Origin: Diplonema japonicum
Lineage: Eukaryota; Protista; Euglenozoa: Diplonemea
Direction: 5' to 3'
Assembly (NCBI GenBank): GCA_964019335.1
Contig: OZ025715.1
Coordinates: forward strand, 62,001-126,000
Length of the DNA: 64,000 nucleotides
Shown: in pieces, positions 21,593 through 35,196 of the stretch
How positions within the stretch are numbered: position 1 is the stretch's first letter
Layout of the letters: each line of letters opens with the position of its first letter
The notes under the pieces: model-generated
The model's database searches: none
Told to the model about the DNA's origin: nothing
What the model saw: only the letters and a program-made list of their open reading frames with translations
Program-made: the position numbers and the translations under genes

Positions 21593-22259
21593 GGGGGGGG
21601 GGGGGGGGGGGGGGTCACATGGGGGTGGTAAAGTGGGTTTTTTCAAATTCGGAAATGCAGAACACTGGAGCCGCTTAAACCATGTAAAACGCCCCTTTCT
21701 CGACCAAAAAATCGATTTCCGCCCGGTACTTTTTACTTTTGGGCACCTACAAATCATTATTTTGCGTTTTTAAAACTGGTGACCACGGTTTGGTACCTGG
21801 CCTGTTGTCTCCCCTGTAGTTTCTGAGTTTTCTGAAAATTTTAGAATTTGACCATGGTTTGTTCCACCCTTTGAACGCGGCTCTTTAGGATGCCGCTACC
21901 GTTTGAACGGCAGAGTACTGTCTTACATTGTCCGATTGTGAACTTTTCTGTGTTTTGCGCGGCATTTCTGATGAATATCTATCATTTTCCCGAGGTTAGG
22001 ATGGTAAGTTTGTTTTTGCAAATATTTCAGGTACCAAACCGTGGTCACTGTTTTTCAAAAATACAGATAAAGTATAAACAAGTGCCCAGAAATGCTCTAA
22101 TCCGGCGAATTTTGATTTTTTGGTTAATTTGGAGGGTATTGGGCGGTTTTTTTTTACCTTAGGGGAAAGAATTTTAAAAAACTTTTTTTTTTCACGTTTA
22201 ACCACGTTTTTTAGGACCATGTGACCCCCCCCCCCCCCCCCCCCCCCTCCCCTCCCCCC
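21593..22259. mobile_element. MITE-like element with poly(G)TCACATGG / CCATGTGA-poly(C) termini
   Basis: Terminal inverted repeats flanked by TA at 21591-21592 and 22260-22261. Internal perfect 21-bp IR 21779-21799 / 22028-22048. Confidence 0.65.
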
Positions 22260-22261
22260 TA

Positions 22262-22418
22262 GGGCTATGCTGGAATGGAAACGCGTTTCCATGCATTTTT
22301 TGAAAAAAAGGGAAACGGAAACGTTTCCTTATGTTTCCTTAAGAAGGAAGCCGTTTCCATAAGAATTTTGAAAAGTATGGAAACGGAAACGTTTCCACGT
22401 TTCCTGCCAGCATAGCCC
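22262..22418. mobile_element. Short MITE (GGGCTATGCTGG TIR, TA-flanked, multiple GGAAAC/GTTTCC motifs)
   Basis: TA|GGGCTATGCTGG...CCAGCATAGCCC|TA. A diverged inverted relative lies at about 20500-20627. Confidence 0.7.
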
Positions 22419-22483
22419 TAGGGGGGGGAGCAATTAAACATAATGTTGCTGACCCAGGTCTGCCTGGGTGCTGACAGTCCCTA

Positions 22484-23746
22484 AGAGTACAAAATTTGGC
22501 TTGGGTTGGTACTGTTAATGGGTTACGCTCGGCACCGAATATGAAGAGCTACTGGACAACAAATTCTAATTTAACCATCCCGGCTTTTGAGAAATGAGGA
22601 AACCGATTCGTTGACATACAGCGCCGACCTTTGACAACCTGGAAACATCAATAAGGCCTGAAACTGCACCTCTAGGTTTCTTGACATCATTGTCAACCGG
22701 TGTAGGACTGTGCGGACCCCTGGCAAGTGGTTGTCTGTTGACGACAGTGTTATCCCGACAACAATAAAAGTCATGGAACCACGAAAAAACAACTCGGTGG
22801 GCATCAAGGTAGTCGCTACATGCGACTCATAAAACTGTTACCTGGCGAATTTCAACATTTTCAGCAAAAAGTCCACAACACAAGACCGTCATGCATGCTG
22901 TCGACCCCTGACCGGCAGGACCAGCTCCAGGGGACTGGAGTCATATGAAAACCCGGAAGTGGACCATGGTCGTTTTTTATTGGGTCCTGGAAAGCTGTGT
23001 TGCCAACTCCTCCATAATCTGGAAGAAGGGCAGGGAATGTGGCAGAAATTATGGCTTCCCGAGCTTCAAAGAAGAACTTGTTGGCAGACTTCTCACCCAT
23101 GCCCCAAAAACCGATAGCACACACCCCCCGACAACACCGTCACCGACCCCCAAGCGCAAACACGCTAGCAATGAGGATTCCCTCACTCAGAAATACCCAA
23201 AACGTCTCGATTTGACCCTAAATCACACCTCCGAGACCATGATGAACGGAACGAAGGTGAGGAGGGTGCTCTGTGCTGTTCCTGGGTGCGGGAAGAAGGT
23301 GCAAACGTGGTGCCCCTGTTGCAAACCCCCTTATGCAAAACGTGTTTTTTACCCTTGCATGCTACCCCAGCTGGAAAAAAAACTCACAAGTTGCTTTTTT
23401 TCATCCCACAGCCCCAAAAAGTCTCCAGACTGACCTCAATCCTAGTTCAGGGCACCAAATAGGGCTGAATGCTGCCCTTTTTAGCCCAGCCATAACTCCA
23501 CGGACCCCCCACGACAAGACCCCCCAAAATCGGACATAAAAAGTACACCCTCAACCCCCCTCTTACACACATAGTTAAGTGTTCTCATCTGAATCTGGCA
23601 CCTGGAATTGAAAATTTTAGTACCGTTTACCCTTTCCTATGGTTGTCCTTGCACCTTCCTATGGTTGCATGCTGCCCTTTTTTTGAGTATTCAAAGCAAC
23701 AACGAAAATGGGGGGTACCGTAGATAGGCTCCGGGCGTTTTAGGGG
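22484..23746 (+). mobile_element. piggyBac transposon derivative, 5'-truncated (copy 1)
   Basis: Disrupted transposase pieces PGKWLSVDDSVIP, GIKVVATCDS, KTRKWTMVVFYWVLESCVANSSIIWK and a Cys-rich tail CAVPGCGKKVQTWCPCC. Right TIR ...GGGCGTTTTAGGGG|TTAA. Confidence 0.9.
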
Positions 23747-23761
23747 TTAAAAAAAAAAAAA

Positions 23762-24128
23762 ATGACTATGTTCTTGAGATGCAAGCGAGACACCATGTAT
23801 GCAGTGCTTTTGGGGAAAAAAAAAAGAAGAAAAAAACATCTAGGACTTGGTTCATTCACTGTGACGTGACAGACAAAGTGGAGGCAGTACGGGAGAAAAT
23901 AAGTGAAATTCAAGAAATGAAACGTATGTCGCTAAGGGGGGGGGGGGGTAAAAAGAAACACCTACAGCCACTGATATCCGGCTAATTCGGGAAGATGAAG
24001 TCCTGCTGGACACGAAACAAACACTTGCGGAACAAAATATCGAGAACGCCAATCTCATCTTCGTGGTGTTCCGGACTGGCGAGGAGTGGGAAGAAATAAA
24101 TGTTAAGAAACCCGTTTATACCTCCTGA
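23762..24128 (+). CDS. Elongin-B-like ubiquitin-fold protein, 91 aa (introns 23797-23843, 23924-23967)
   Basis: Spliced product is MTMFLRCKRDTMTWFIHCDVTDKVEAVREKISEIQEMKPTDIRLIREDEVLLDTKQTLAEQNIENANLIFVVFRTGEEWEEINVKKPVYTS. Both introns are GTATG..AG. The ORF track misses it. Confidence 0.8.
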
Positions 24129-24328
24129 GCAAAACCCCCCTCCCCTTGTTTAATAAAAAAGCGCATTGCATATACCCTCCCAGTGTTCTTTTTTTTTTTT
24201 TTTTTTCTTTTTTTTTTTAAAGCTTAGATTTCCCCCCTCACCATTTCCCCCGATATTTTGCGTGCAAAAAAAAAATCTTTTTTTTAACCCCACACAAGGT
24301 AATACGAAAAAAAAAAAAAAAAAAAAAA

Positions 24329-26182
24329 ATGGTTAGATCTGGTGACCCCACCGAGATGGAGCCCCCTGCATCGGCACAGGTGACACTATGGATGGCGAAG
24401 AATTTTGTAGTGGAGCTTGTTGACAATATGCTGGCTTACGTTTCGAAGGACCAGCCGACGGGGGACACGATCCCGAAGGAGATAGGGAGGTGGGGAAATG
24501 TCAAAGCTGAGGTCGTGAGTTCCTGCCAGCAGTGGAAGGATCTGCAGACAGCGGTGCTCGAAGACGAGAAGGTCATAATGAACGACGAGTTCGCAAAGGA
24601 CAAGGAAAGGTTCGCAAAAATGTCCGTAAAAGTACCCCTGAAAGACGACAACTTCCTCTTTGTAGACTACTCAAAAAATCTCGTCAGAGAGGACATCATG
24701 ACCAAACTCTTCGCCTTTGCCAGGTCAAGGGACGTCGAAAAGATGCGAGACGCCATGTTCACCGGTGAAAAGATCAACATCACCGAAAACAGAGCTGTCC
24801 TCCACACCGCCCTGCGCAACAGATCCAACACCAAAGTCGAAGTAGATGGTAAAGATGTCATGCCTGGGATTAATTCCGTCCTTTCTCACATGCGTGAATT
24901 TTCCGAGGCGGTTAGATCTGGAACCCACACCGGGCACACCGGAAAGGTTATCAAACACATTGTGAACATTGGAATCGGTGGGTCCGACCTTGGTCCCTTG
25001 ATGGTGAACCAGGCCCTCACCCCTTACTGCCATGAGAGGATGAAGTTCCACTTCGTCTCGAACATCGATGGGACACATCTTGCAGAAGCTTTGAAAGCGA
25101 TCGACTTTGAAGAAACCCTGTTCATCGTTGCATCCAAAACCTTCACAACAGCAGAGACAATTACAAACGCGACCAGCGCGAAACAAGCTTTGCTTGATTA
25201 CTACAAGAAAACAGGTGTTGATGCGGAAGGGTGCGTGGCGAAGCATTTCATCGCATTGTCGACAAACGCGGAAGCGGTCGGCGGATTCGGAATTGACACA
25301 AACAACATGTTCGAATTCTGGGATTGGGTTGGAGGACGGTACTCGCTCTGGTCTGCCATCGGGATGGCGATTGCCCTTGCTGTGGGGATGGACAACTTCG
25401 AACAGCTTTTGGAAGGCGCGCATATTATGGACCAGCATTTCTGCAACACTCCCCTTGAACAAAACGTACCTGTGGTGCTTGCTCTGCTCGGCGTGTATTA
25501 CAACAATCTTCTTGGCGCACAAACACAGATGATTCTCCCTTACGACCAGTACCTTGTGAGGTTCGCTACGTACTTCCAACAAGGCGACATGGAGAGCAAC
25601 GGGAAATCTGTTGACAGAGACGGCAACCCTGTCGGTTACAACACAGGACCTATTATTTTAGGTGAACCGGGTACTGGATCGCAACATTCTTTCTTCCAGC
25701 TGATTCATCAGGGGACGAAATTAATCCCATGTGATTTTGTTGGGTGTTTGGAGTCGCATAACCCATTGGCTGACAACAAACACCACAAGATGCTGATGGC
25801 GAACTGTTTCGCGCAAACGGAAGCCCTGATGAAGGGTAAAACCGAACAGGAGGTCCGTTCAGAACTGGTAGCGAAGAAGATGCCCGAGGATGAAATTGTA
25901 AAGCTGCTCCCGCACAAGGTGTTCCAGGGGAATAATCCCACAAATACCATTCTTGCTAAGAAGTTGACACCTCTTTCTCTTGGTGCGCTTATCTCTATGT
26001 ACGAAATGAAGATATTCACCCAGGGTATCTTGTGGAACATCAACTCGTTCGACCAATGGGGTGTCGAACTGGGCAAGGCCCTCGCCGCTGCGATCCTTCC
26101 CGAACTGCAAAAGGGTTCGAGCACATCCTCTCACGATGGATCCACAAATGGGCTCATCAATATGTTGAATTCTCATTTGTAG
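24329..26182 (+). CDS. GPI: Glucose-6-phosphate isomerase with PTS1 (-SHL)
   Basis: [48 protein letters not shown] and [12 protein letters not shown] motifs. Confidence 0.98.
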   Translation: MVRSGDPTEMEPPASAQVTLWMAKNFVVELVDNMLAYVSKDQPTGDTIPKEIGRWGNVKAEVVSSCQQWKDLQTAVLEDEKVIMNDEFAKDKERFAKMSVKVPLKDDNFLFVDYSKNLVREDIMTKLFAFARSRDVEKMRDAMFTGEKINITENRAVLHTALRNRSNTKVEVDGKDVMPGINSVLSHMREFSEAVRSGTHTGHTGKVIKHIVNIGIGGSDLGPLMVNQALTPYCHERMKFHFVSNIDGTHLAEALKAIDFEETLFIVASKTFTTAETITNATSAKQALLDYYKKTGVDAEGCVAKHFIALSTNAEAVGGFGIDTNNMFEFWDWVGGRYSLWSAIGMAIALAVGMDNFEQLLEGAHIMDQHFCNTPLEQNVPVVLALLGVYYNNLLGAQTQMILPYDQYLVRFATYFQQGDMESNGKSVDRDGNPVGYNTGPIILGEPGTGSQHSFFQLIHQGTKLIPCDFVGCLESHNPLADNKHHKMLMANCFAQTEALMKGKTEQEVRSELVAKKMPEDEIVKLLPHKVFQGNNPTNTILAKKLTPLSLGALISMYEMKIFTQGILWNINSFDQWGVELGKALAAAILPELQKGSSTSSHDGSTNGLINMLNSHL

Positions 26183-26255
26183 GTTTTTTTTTTGGGGGGG
26201 AAGGGGGGCATGTGCGTTTTCATTCTTCCTTTCTTTTTTTTAACTTCTTTCTTTC

Positions 26256-26286
<31 letters not shown>

Positions 26287-27208
26287 TGGGAAGAAAGAAG
26301 AAAAAATCGCAATAGTGCCGCATCCTCTCGGGGCGGGGGTTTTTTTTTTCTTCTTCTGTTCTTTCTTCCCTATTTCTGCGGTGTCCACCCTGGTTGATCT
26401 GAAAAAACTTGGGGAAGATGAAGATTATTCCTTTGTTCAGACCGGCACCAGTTGGAAACACCATAATGTAGAAGAAGAAGAAGAAATTTTTTTTTTGTGC
26501 GTACCATTGGAAGGTACCCTTTCCCCCCCCCCCCCCCCCCCCCCGATTTTTTGAGAGGCGGGAGGTGGAAGGAAAAGTACGGGGGGGGGGGGGGAGTTGC
26601 AAGAACGAAAAAAAGGGGGTATATTCTTTCTGATATCTTTATTACTGTCTTCTTTACAAAGATTTTTTTTAAGAAAAAAGAATACCCCAGGGGGGGGGGG
26701 AGGAATAGGAGGAGCTAAAAAAAAAAAAGAAAAAAAAAAAAAAAAAAAAAAAAAAAGCGGGTTCCAGTTTTTTTTTTTTAAAATTGAAAAAAAGAAAAAT
26801 ATAGAAATTAAAAAAAAAGAACCCTCCCATCCATTATATCCGCTTGGCAAAAAAAAAAAAAAAAAACAGAAGAAGAAAAATAAAGGGGAGAACAAAAAAA
26901 AAAGAGAGAAAACCAAAAGTTTATGTAACCTCCGCCCGACATAACTCGAGCACTTCTCCCCTTCTTCACGTTTACTTTATTATTTTTTTTTTTTTTACTT
27001 TTCTTTTTAAAAAAAAATTAAGAGGGGATCTGACAACAACCCCCGCGACCACCCCCTCTTGTTTTTCCTATTATAAATTTCCCCCATACCCACCTTTCCC
27101 CCCCCCTTTTTTTATTGATTTTACAAATACCACCGTATTTTTATATATAAAAAAAAAAGAATCCCCCCCCCTCACCCCACCCCACCCAACCCCAAAAAAA
27201 AAAAAAAA

Positions 27209-28651
27209 ATGGATAGAAAACAACGCGGCAAAGAGGATACAAATAATAAAAAGGCTAAAAAGCCGCCTGTTCCATCGTTCGCAGCGTCTACGAAAAAAGT
27301 GGTGCCTGCGTCAAGGCCCACTCCAGGGGGGAAGAAGGTGGTAGCAAAGCGAAGCCCAATGCCGAGCCCGCGAAGCACCTCCGGAACCCCCGCCGGCACC
27401 AACACAAAGAACATTTCAAAGGACAGATCTAAACAACAACTGCACTCCACAACCACCAAGCCAAACGTCCGATCAAAATACGGCTCTTTAAGAAACACTG
27501 AAATGTGCCCAAAATGCGGGTCTCTCGTAGCGAAAGGTGTCATTAAGCACGGTGGTGACGCATCGATTGGACAATTTTCAATTCCACCGAAAGATCTTGT
27601 CATCGACACCTCGAAAATTCTCGGAGAAGGAGGTTTCGGGAGAGTGTACCTAGGCGACTACCAAGCAACAGAAGTTGCCGTGAAGGTAATGCTTGGCGAT
27701 AAGAGCCCGAAAAAAGAAGAAATCGCAGAATGGAAGAAAGAAGTCGACATTATGACCCGCCTTCGACACCCCAACATATTATCGATTCTCGGCGCAGTTT
27801 TCGAGGACGGGAAACTTGCCATAGTTACGGAATACTGCGCAAAAGGGTCATTACGGAAGGTTGTTCGGGACATCGCCCGCGGTGCCAGATTAGAGGTAAC
27901 ATGGGGGAGGAAACTTGATTGGCTGATGCAGGTTGCAAAGGGAATGGCGTTTCTACATCATAAACGGATTCACCACCGTGATTTAAAAGCGTCAAATGTC
28001 TTTGTTTCTGGGGAGACAATGAAGATCGCTGACTTTGGATTGTCAAATTTTCGTGTTCCGAATACCCCAAATGCAAAGCCTGCCACTCCGACTACATCCC
28101 CGCTGTCACAGAGTTTGAAGAACAACGCGCGGGAGATTAAGGAGGTTGTAGCGTACCACAGTCCCGGGAAGGAGGGTTTTGCACCGAAACCGCCTTTTAA
28201 AGGAAACGTTTCTTCTTCTTCTTCTGGTGCGTCTTCCGCTTCTGAAGCCGATGCATCTGGTACATTCGCATTCGTCGCACCTGAGGTTTGGGCAGGTAAG
28301 CCCTTCACCAATGCATCAGATGTTTACTCATTCGGTGTTTTTATTATCGAAACCGCCACTTCTAAAGTACCGTTTGACGAAGTTCCTGATGAAGAAGAGG
28401 ATAAGTGGGCGAACCGGATTAGGCGGGGCACGGCGCGGCCTGTTCTTCCGGAGTATGTTGGGGGTGAACCCATCCCGGAGACGCTTAGGGAGGTGACCGC
28501 GAAATGTCTGGCGTTCGAGCCCAAGAAACGGCCGGATTTCCGGAAAATCGTCAGGATGATCCAGCAAGAGTTGGACGAGCCTTACTCTTATGTGACTTGC
28601 GCGGTACCTTACGAGTCCGATGATGACTGTGAGGTTTGTAAAATTTTGAGG

Positions 28652-28693
<42 letters not shown>

Positions 28694-28779
28694 AGGATCC
28701 TTCTATCGAGCAATATGATGGCCAGGATGACTCTGAGGAATATAGTGATGCTGAAGGATGGAATAGGGGTGAATATTAA
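27209..28779 (+). CDS. TKL-group protein kinase (intron 28634-28695)
   Basis: GEGGFGRVY, VAVK, HRDLKASN, KIADFGLS, APE and SDVYSFG motifs. Splicing gives an acidic tail DPSIEQYDGQDDSEEY... ending TAA 28777-28779. Confidence 0.9.
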
Positions 28780-28924
28780 GAGGCGGGTGGGGGGGGGGGG
28801 GGGGGGGTGCGATTTCTTTTTTAATAATTCTTATTTTTTTAAGGGGGGTGGAGTATACGTTAGGTTTGATGTCCCCTTTCGATTTAAAAAAAAAAATGAA
28901 ATTCGTTAATTTCTTCGAGTATAA

Positions 28925-30319
28925 CCCCTAAACGCCCGGAGCCTATCTATTGTACCCCCCCCCCCCATTTTCGTTGTTGCTTTAAATACTCAAAAAAAGG
29001 GCAACATGCAACCATAGGAAGGTGCAAGGAAAGGGTAAACGGTACTAAAATTTTCAATTCCAGGTGCCAGATTCAGATGAGAACACTTAACTATGTGTGT
29101 AAGAGGGGGGTTGAGGGTGTACTTTTTATGTCCGATTTTGGGGGGTCTTGTCGTGGGGGGTCCGTGGAGTTATGGCTGGGCTAAAAAGGGCAGCATTCAG
29201 CCCTATTTGGTGCCCTGAACTCTAGGATTGAGGTCAGTCTGGAGACTTTTTGGGGCTGTGGGATGAAAAAAAGCAACTTGTGAGTTTTTTTTCCAGCTGG
29301 GGTAGCATGCAAGGGTAAAAAACACGTTTTGCATAAAGGGGGTTTTGCAACAGGGGCACCAGGTTTGCACCTTCTTCCCGCACCCAGGAACAGCACAGAG
29401 CACCCTCCTCACCTTCGTTCCGTTCATCATGGTCTCGGAGGTGTGATTTAGGGTCAAATCGAGACGTTTTGGGTATTTCTGAGTGAGGGAATCCTAATTG
29501 CTAGTGTGTTTGCGCTTGGGGGTCGGTGACGGTGTTGTCGGGGGTGTGTGCTATCGGTTTTTGGGGCATGGGTGAGAAACAAGTTCTTCTTTGAAGCTCG
29601 GGAAGCCATAATTTTTGCCACATTCCCTGCTCTTCTTCCAGATTATGGAGGAGTTGGCAACACAGCTTTCCAGGACCCAATAAAAAATGACCATGGTCCA
29701 CTTCCGGGTTTTCATATGCCGAACTCCAGTCCCCTGGAGCTGGTCCTGCCGGTCAGGGGTCGACAGCAAACCCTTAGGAGTCGACAGTATGCATGACTAG
29801 GTCCTGTGTTGTGGACTTCTTGCTGAAAATGTTGAAATTCGCCAGGTAACCGCTTTATGAGTCGCATGTAGCGATTACCTTGATGCCCACCGAGTTGTTT
29901 TTTCGTGGTTCCATGACTTTTATTGCTGTCGGGATAACACTGTCGTCAACAGACAACCACTTGCCAGGGGTCCGCACAGTCATACCGGTTGACAATGATG
30001 TCAAGAAACCTGCACATGAGGTACCCAAGCATCGTTTCTGGCCCCTCTTTGACCGCCTCATCGTCTTTTTCTTCTTTATCTGACCAGTCGGGGGAGACTC
30101 ACGTTTTCGCTGCTATTTTGACCATTTGATTTCATTTTAAGCCAACCCTGCCGGTTTCAATTAAAACAAAACTTTTAACGCAAAATGTAGTTTCAAGACA
30201 AAATAAACCGCGCAACAATGCCATATTTTGAAGTCCAGGGGCCGTGTTCAAAAAAAAGTACTTAGCGAAAAAGCAAATTTTGAAATAAGGACAAAAACGT
30301 CCGCGCGGGCGTTTAGGGG
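28925..30319 (-). mobile_element. piggyBac internal-deletion derivative (copy 2, both TIRs)
   Basis: ATAA|CCCCTAAACGCCCG ... CGGGCGTTTAGGGG|ATTAA. Near-identical to copy 1 in reverse orientation. Confidence 0.92.
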
Positions 30320-30811
30320 ATTAAAAAAAAAAAGAGCATGGAGGGACCCAAAAAAAAAAAAGCGGGAGAAAAAAACGTTTAGAAAAGTAAAGTGAAGAAG
30401 AGAAAGTCCTGTTCCTTTACTACCCCCCCCCTTTTTTTCTTTAGAACAAAACAAACTAAATTCTTCCGGTATTTTTCTTTTTTTAAAAAAAAAATCACAT
30501 CTTTAATATTTTTTTCTTCCACATCTTTACCACCTTTCCCCCCCTTGCATTTTTTTTCCTTCCTTTTTTTCATTTCTTTTTTCACGCAAACACAACAAAA
30601 AGAAAAACAAAAAAAAAAAAGAAAGAACACATCCCGTCGTAATTCCTCATTATTTTTATTTTTATTTTATTTTTTAAATAGAGACATCCCCACCCTCCCC
30701 ATCCATTCCCTCATTTTTTTTTCTTTTTTCTTTTTTTTTTCTCAAAAAAATTTCCAAAACGACACAACAACAAAAAAAAAAAAAAAAAAGGAGAGGAAAA
30801 GAAGAAAAACT

Positions 30812-31876
30812 ATGTCGGACATGCACGTAACGTTGGATAAGTTGCTGGAAAAATGCAAGATTAAGTTCGACACTATTAAGGGAACCTCGAGGAAGGCTGA
30901 GGTTTGCGTGCAGTTGGCAAAGCGTGCCGGCATCACCCTCGGCGAGGAGGACGAGAAGAACGATGTCCTGAACAGGCTCGTCGCGGAATGGGAGGAGAAA
31001 TTCTCCGCAGGAGAGGGAAAAGAAGCCCAAAAAACCGCCGAGAAAAAATGTTGCAAGCTCTTCGTCGGCGGGCTCCCGACAGACGTTGACAAGACCGTCC
31101 TCCGATTCGTCTTTTCCCAATTCGGAGAAGTCGCAGAAGTTGACATAAAACGCGATGTAAAAAACGGCCGAGGCAGAGGGTTCGGGTTTGTAGTTTTCAA
31201 AAATCCGGAATCTGCGGAAAAAGCAGCGTCCGAAGAAACAGTTAAAATCCGAGGAAAGAAAGTAGAGGTACAACTCGCTCTACCAACAGGCGACCCATCG
31301 CTCAAAGCACAGCGAGGCCCCGATTCTTCTTGCAAGATCTTCGTTGGGGGTTTGTCGCAGGAGTGCACGGAACAGCACCTTGGAGATTATTTCTCGGGTT
31401 TCGGCAGCATTGCGACGACAGAAGTAAAGCGAGACCATTCAAACGGACGAAGCAGGGGTTTCGGCTTTGTAACGTTCCATTCAGTCCAAGCAGCTATCGA
31501 CGCAAAGGACGCAGTTGTACCAGAAATCTGCGGGAAAAAAGTCGAGGTTTTACTGTCGATGATGCGGGGCGACCCTGCCTTGGAAACTACCCAACGGGGT
31601 CCCGACCCTCGGCGAAAGGTTTTTGTCGGGGGCCTCCCTCAAACAATCACCGAAACCGGTTTAAAAGGCCTTTTCGAGCAGTTTGGAGATGTAACGCATG
31701 CGGAGATTAAACGTGATTTCTCCAACGAACGAAGCAGGGGTTTTGGTTTTGTGATTTTCGAGGATGAACGTTCTGCAGACAGGGCCTTGGCGTGCAAGAC
31801 ACTTTGTTTGGAAGGGAAGCTAATCGATATCCAGGCAACGCTGAAGAAAGGCGACCCGCTTCTTACCGGAAAACAG

Positions 31877-31907
<31 letters not shown>

Positions 31908-32815
31908 CCTCAGCAAAGCCCGCGGTTCTACAGGAAGCCGCGTCCGTTCATAAAATATTCGTTGGCGGGCTTCCTCAAGATGCTACCGATGCGGATTTGT
32001 ACACACACTTCTCATCCTACGGTCCGGTACAGACTGCCGAGGTGAAGCAAGACCCGGTAGCACGCCGGTCGAGGGGTTTCGGGTTCGTCACGTTCAAAGC
32101 TCACGATTCCGTTCTTCGTGCTTTGTCATCGCCGTACCCTTACATAAAGGGTAAGCGGGCAGATGTTAAGCTACCTGTTACATCTCCAGAACAGCCGGGG
32201 CAACAACAACAGCCTGGTACCTCTCAAGAGGACGATCGTAAAATATTTATCGGCGGTATTACCAATGAAATGACCGAGTCGATGGTCGCCGCAGCCTTCC
32301 GGCAAATCACACCGATGAAGATCAATATTGAGATTAAAAAGGACCCCACAACAGGGAAGTCGAAGGGGTACGGGTTCGGGGTGTTGGAGAACCCAGCAGT
32401 GGTCGACCTGGTTCTGATGTACCCTAAGGGGGCGCTGATGGTCAGCGGAAAGGTCCTCGAATTGAAAAGAGCCGCAAGAAGTCAAGGTTCCACACCAACA
32501 CCATCTTCCCTTTTGGATAACACACCAACTAAGATTATTGCTGCGCCTGCCGCCACGTCAAGCTTATACCATCAGCAACAGCAACAGCAACAGCAGCAGC
32601 AGCAGCAGCAACAGCCGGTTGGGTCTGTTGCTCCAGTGGCCCCACCTATGAGCCATTCTGATTCGCCTTCTTTTGCCCACCTTACCAATATAAACTCTTT
32701 CCTGAATTTCACGAATATCGGGCCACAGTCTGAGCAACAGCAACAGCCGCCTTCGCCGTCGCCCTTATCTGATTTTTACCACCTTTTGCCGATTACCTCC
32801 ACAGGGGTGGCTTGA
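30812..32815 (+). CDS. Five-RRM RNA-binding protein (Musashi/hnRNP A-like) with polyQ tracts
   Basis: Five K(L/I/V)F(V/I)GG RNP2 motifs, each with a (R/K)G(F/Y)GF RNP1 motif. Confidence 0.92.
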
Positions 32816-33647
32816 AAAGAAGAAAAAAATGAGGGGAAAGAAAAAGAAAGGGATGGTGGTGGTGGTGGTGGTGGTGGTGGGGGGGGGGGGGGGGGGGAGT
32901 GTTTTGAAGTGTTTATAGTTTCCCCCTCCTTTAAAGTTTGTATTATTTCTCTCTTTTTTTTTTCCCCTATATTTCTGACCACGTGGGGGGGGGACCCAAA
33001 AAAAAATGAAAAAAAATATTGTATCTGTGTTTTTTTTTTTTTTTTTTTTTTTATTTCTCCTCTCTTTTTTTTATTTTCTTTTTTCTTTTGCGATTGACAT
33101 TTAAAAAAAAAAATAAATAAAAAAAAATAAAAGAACAAGGGAAGAAAAAAAAATCTTTTTGAATAGTGAATGACTTATGAAGAAGACAAAGGGGATTATA
33201 AAGAGAAATTCGAAGAAAATAATAAATCTCCCTCTGGTGTACCAAAAGACAAAAAAAAAAAGAAAAAAAAAAAACTCCGAATTTACGGAAACGAAAAAAA
33301 CAAAAAAAAAAAAGAAACGAAAAAAGGAAGCACAAATGAAGAAACGCCAGGGTTTTCTGCAAAGAGTCGATTTGTGAAAAAAAAAAATCTTTTTCTTTTT
33401 TTATTTACAAGAACGAGTCTTTGGTTTGTCTCAACAAAAAGGGGAATTGCTGAAAAAAGTATGTTTTATGGGTTTGTTAAGCTTTCTCCAGGTTTTCTGC
33501 CCCCGACATGCGAACACCGGCCAGTTCCTTCTAAGATAAGGAACTCTTGTGGTACTTTACTAAAAGAAAAAAAAAAAAAAAGAGCTGCTCCCTTTAGTGA
33601 ATTAATGCCTCATATTTTCTATTAATTCTGATTCCATTCCCTTTGGC

Positions 33648-33702
<55 letters not shown>

Positions 33703-34740
33703 ATGTTTTGAGTTTGAATAAAGCATCCTTAGGGATTAGCCGTCAGCAGGGATGGGGTGGATTTTGAACACTCGGAGATATGTTTCGCCTTTTTTTTCTT
33801 TTTTCTTCTCTTTTTTTTTCTTTTTTTTTTTCTAGTTGTAGATTACCCTTCTTTTTTTTTTTTTAGTTCTTCAATTTTTTTATACCTCTTGGGGATAACA
33901 GGACCGACAAAAAAAAGGGAGGGAGAAGGCAAGCGAGAGGGGGGGGACAGCGAGTACCTGCGAGGTATTTAAAAACTTACCAATTTCAAAATACGATATT
34001 TCCTCCCCGAATTAAAATATGAAACGGAAAAAAAAATTAAAAAAAAAATAAGCACGATTCCCCCTCCGTGTCATGCTTATCCACTTGTGGTCCATATAAA
34101 ATTGTCCCATACAATAAAAAAAAAAAAGAAAAAAGAAGAAGGAAAAAAAGAAAAAGGAAAGAGGAAAAAAAAAAAAAAAAAAATGCTCGGTTTTTCTTTT
34201 TCTTTTCTTTTGTTTTCCCTTCCTTTTACTTGCGAGCTGTAGGTTTTTTAGTTTGCCAAACATTTTTTTTTTTTTTTTTTTGGCTATCGATTTTCACCGC
34301 TAGAAATCTCTGAATCCTGCCATGCGAATACTACCTCTCTATGAGCAGAAAAATTGCTCTTTTTGCCAAAAGAAAGAAGGGGGGGGGGGGGGGGGGACGA
34401 ACTCTTCAATCCTTTTTTTTTTGAAAATCCCCCCAGAGTTTGCCGACCGGCTTCAGAGATATCTAGCGTCAGAGTTTTCTAGGGGCTGGTGGGAGGGGGG
34501 GGATCGGGTTTGCTGCAGCGCGCCCCCCCACCCCACTTATTCCTCATATCCCTTCGTACGTGGTTGTTTAAAAAAAAAAAAAAAAGGAAGAAAGGCTCTT
34601 GATCCCTTCTTTTTACTTTCCTTTACTCGCGATCTTCTTTTTTTCTTTTTCTTTTTTTTTCCCCCTCCATTTTATTATTCATTTTGGATTTCACTGCGGT
34701 AACTGGATTTTCGGTCAGCTCCGCGTTAGTGCGATCTCGA

Positions 34741-34896
34741 CCCTGAGATCTATACAGAAAAACTTCGAGGGAGTGAGTTCTTCTTGCTGATACGGCAGCA
34801 GCCGAACGCAGTTTTAGCAACCTGCGCCTCGTGTTCACAAGGCTCAGGACATCAATGAAACCTGAACTGAACTGCCTTTTGGTGACAAGCACGTAG
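34741..34896 (+). pseudogene. hAT transposase C-terminal dimerisation-domain remnant
   Basis: Frame from 34792 reads TAAAERSFSNLRLVFTRLRTSMKPELNCLLV, matching the hATC pattern (ERSFS..K...T.LR..M..E.LN.L). Confidence 0.75.
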
Positions 34897-35001
34897 GGGC
34901 AGATGTTGTGCCCGATCAAGCTGCGTGATGAAACGGTTTCACGATACACCTGCAAGCAAGCTGCATGTGAACCTTTCTGAGGCTGAGTTTCTGGAGTAGC
35001 A

Positions 35002-35034
<33 letters not shown>

Positions 35035-35158
35035 CCAAAAATCGGGGGGGGGGGGGGGGGGGGAGACCTTTTCCGGTAAATTCCTTTTTTCGTATAAAGT
35101 AGAAAAAGGAAGGTAAATTAAAAAAAAAAAGAAAAAAAAAGAAAGAGAAAAGAGAGTC

Positions 35159-35196
<38 letters not shown>

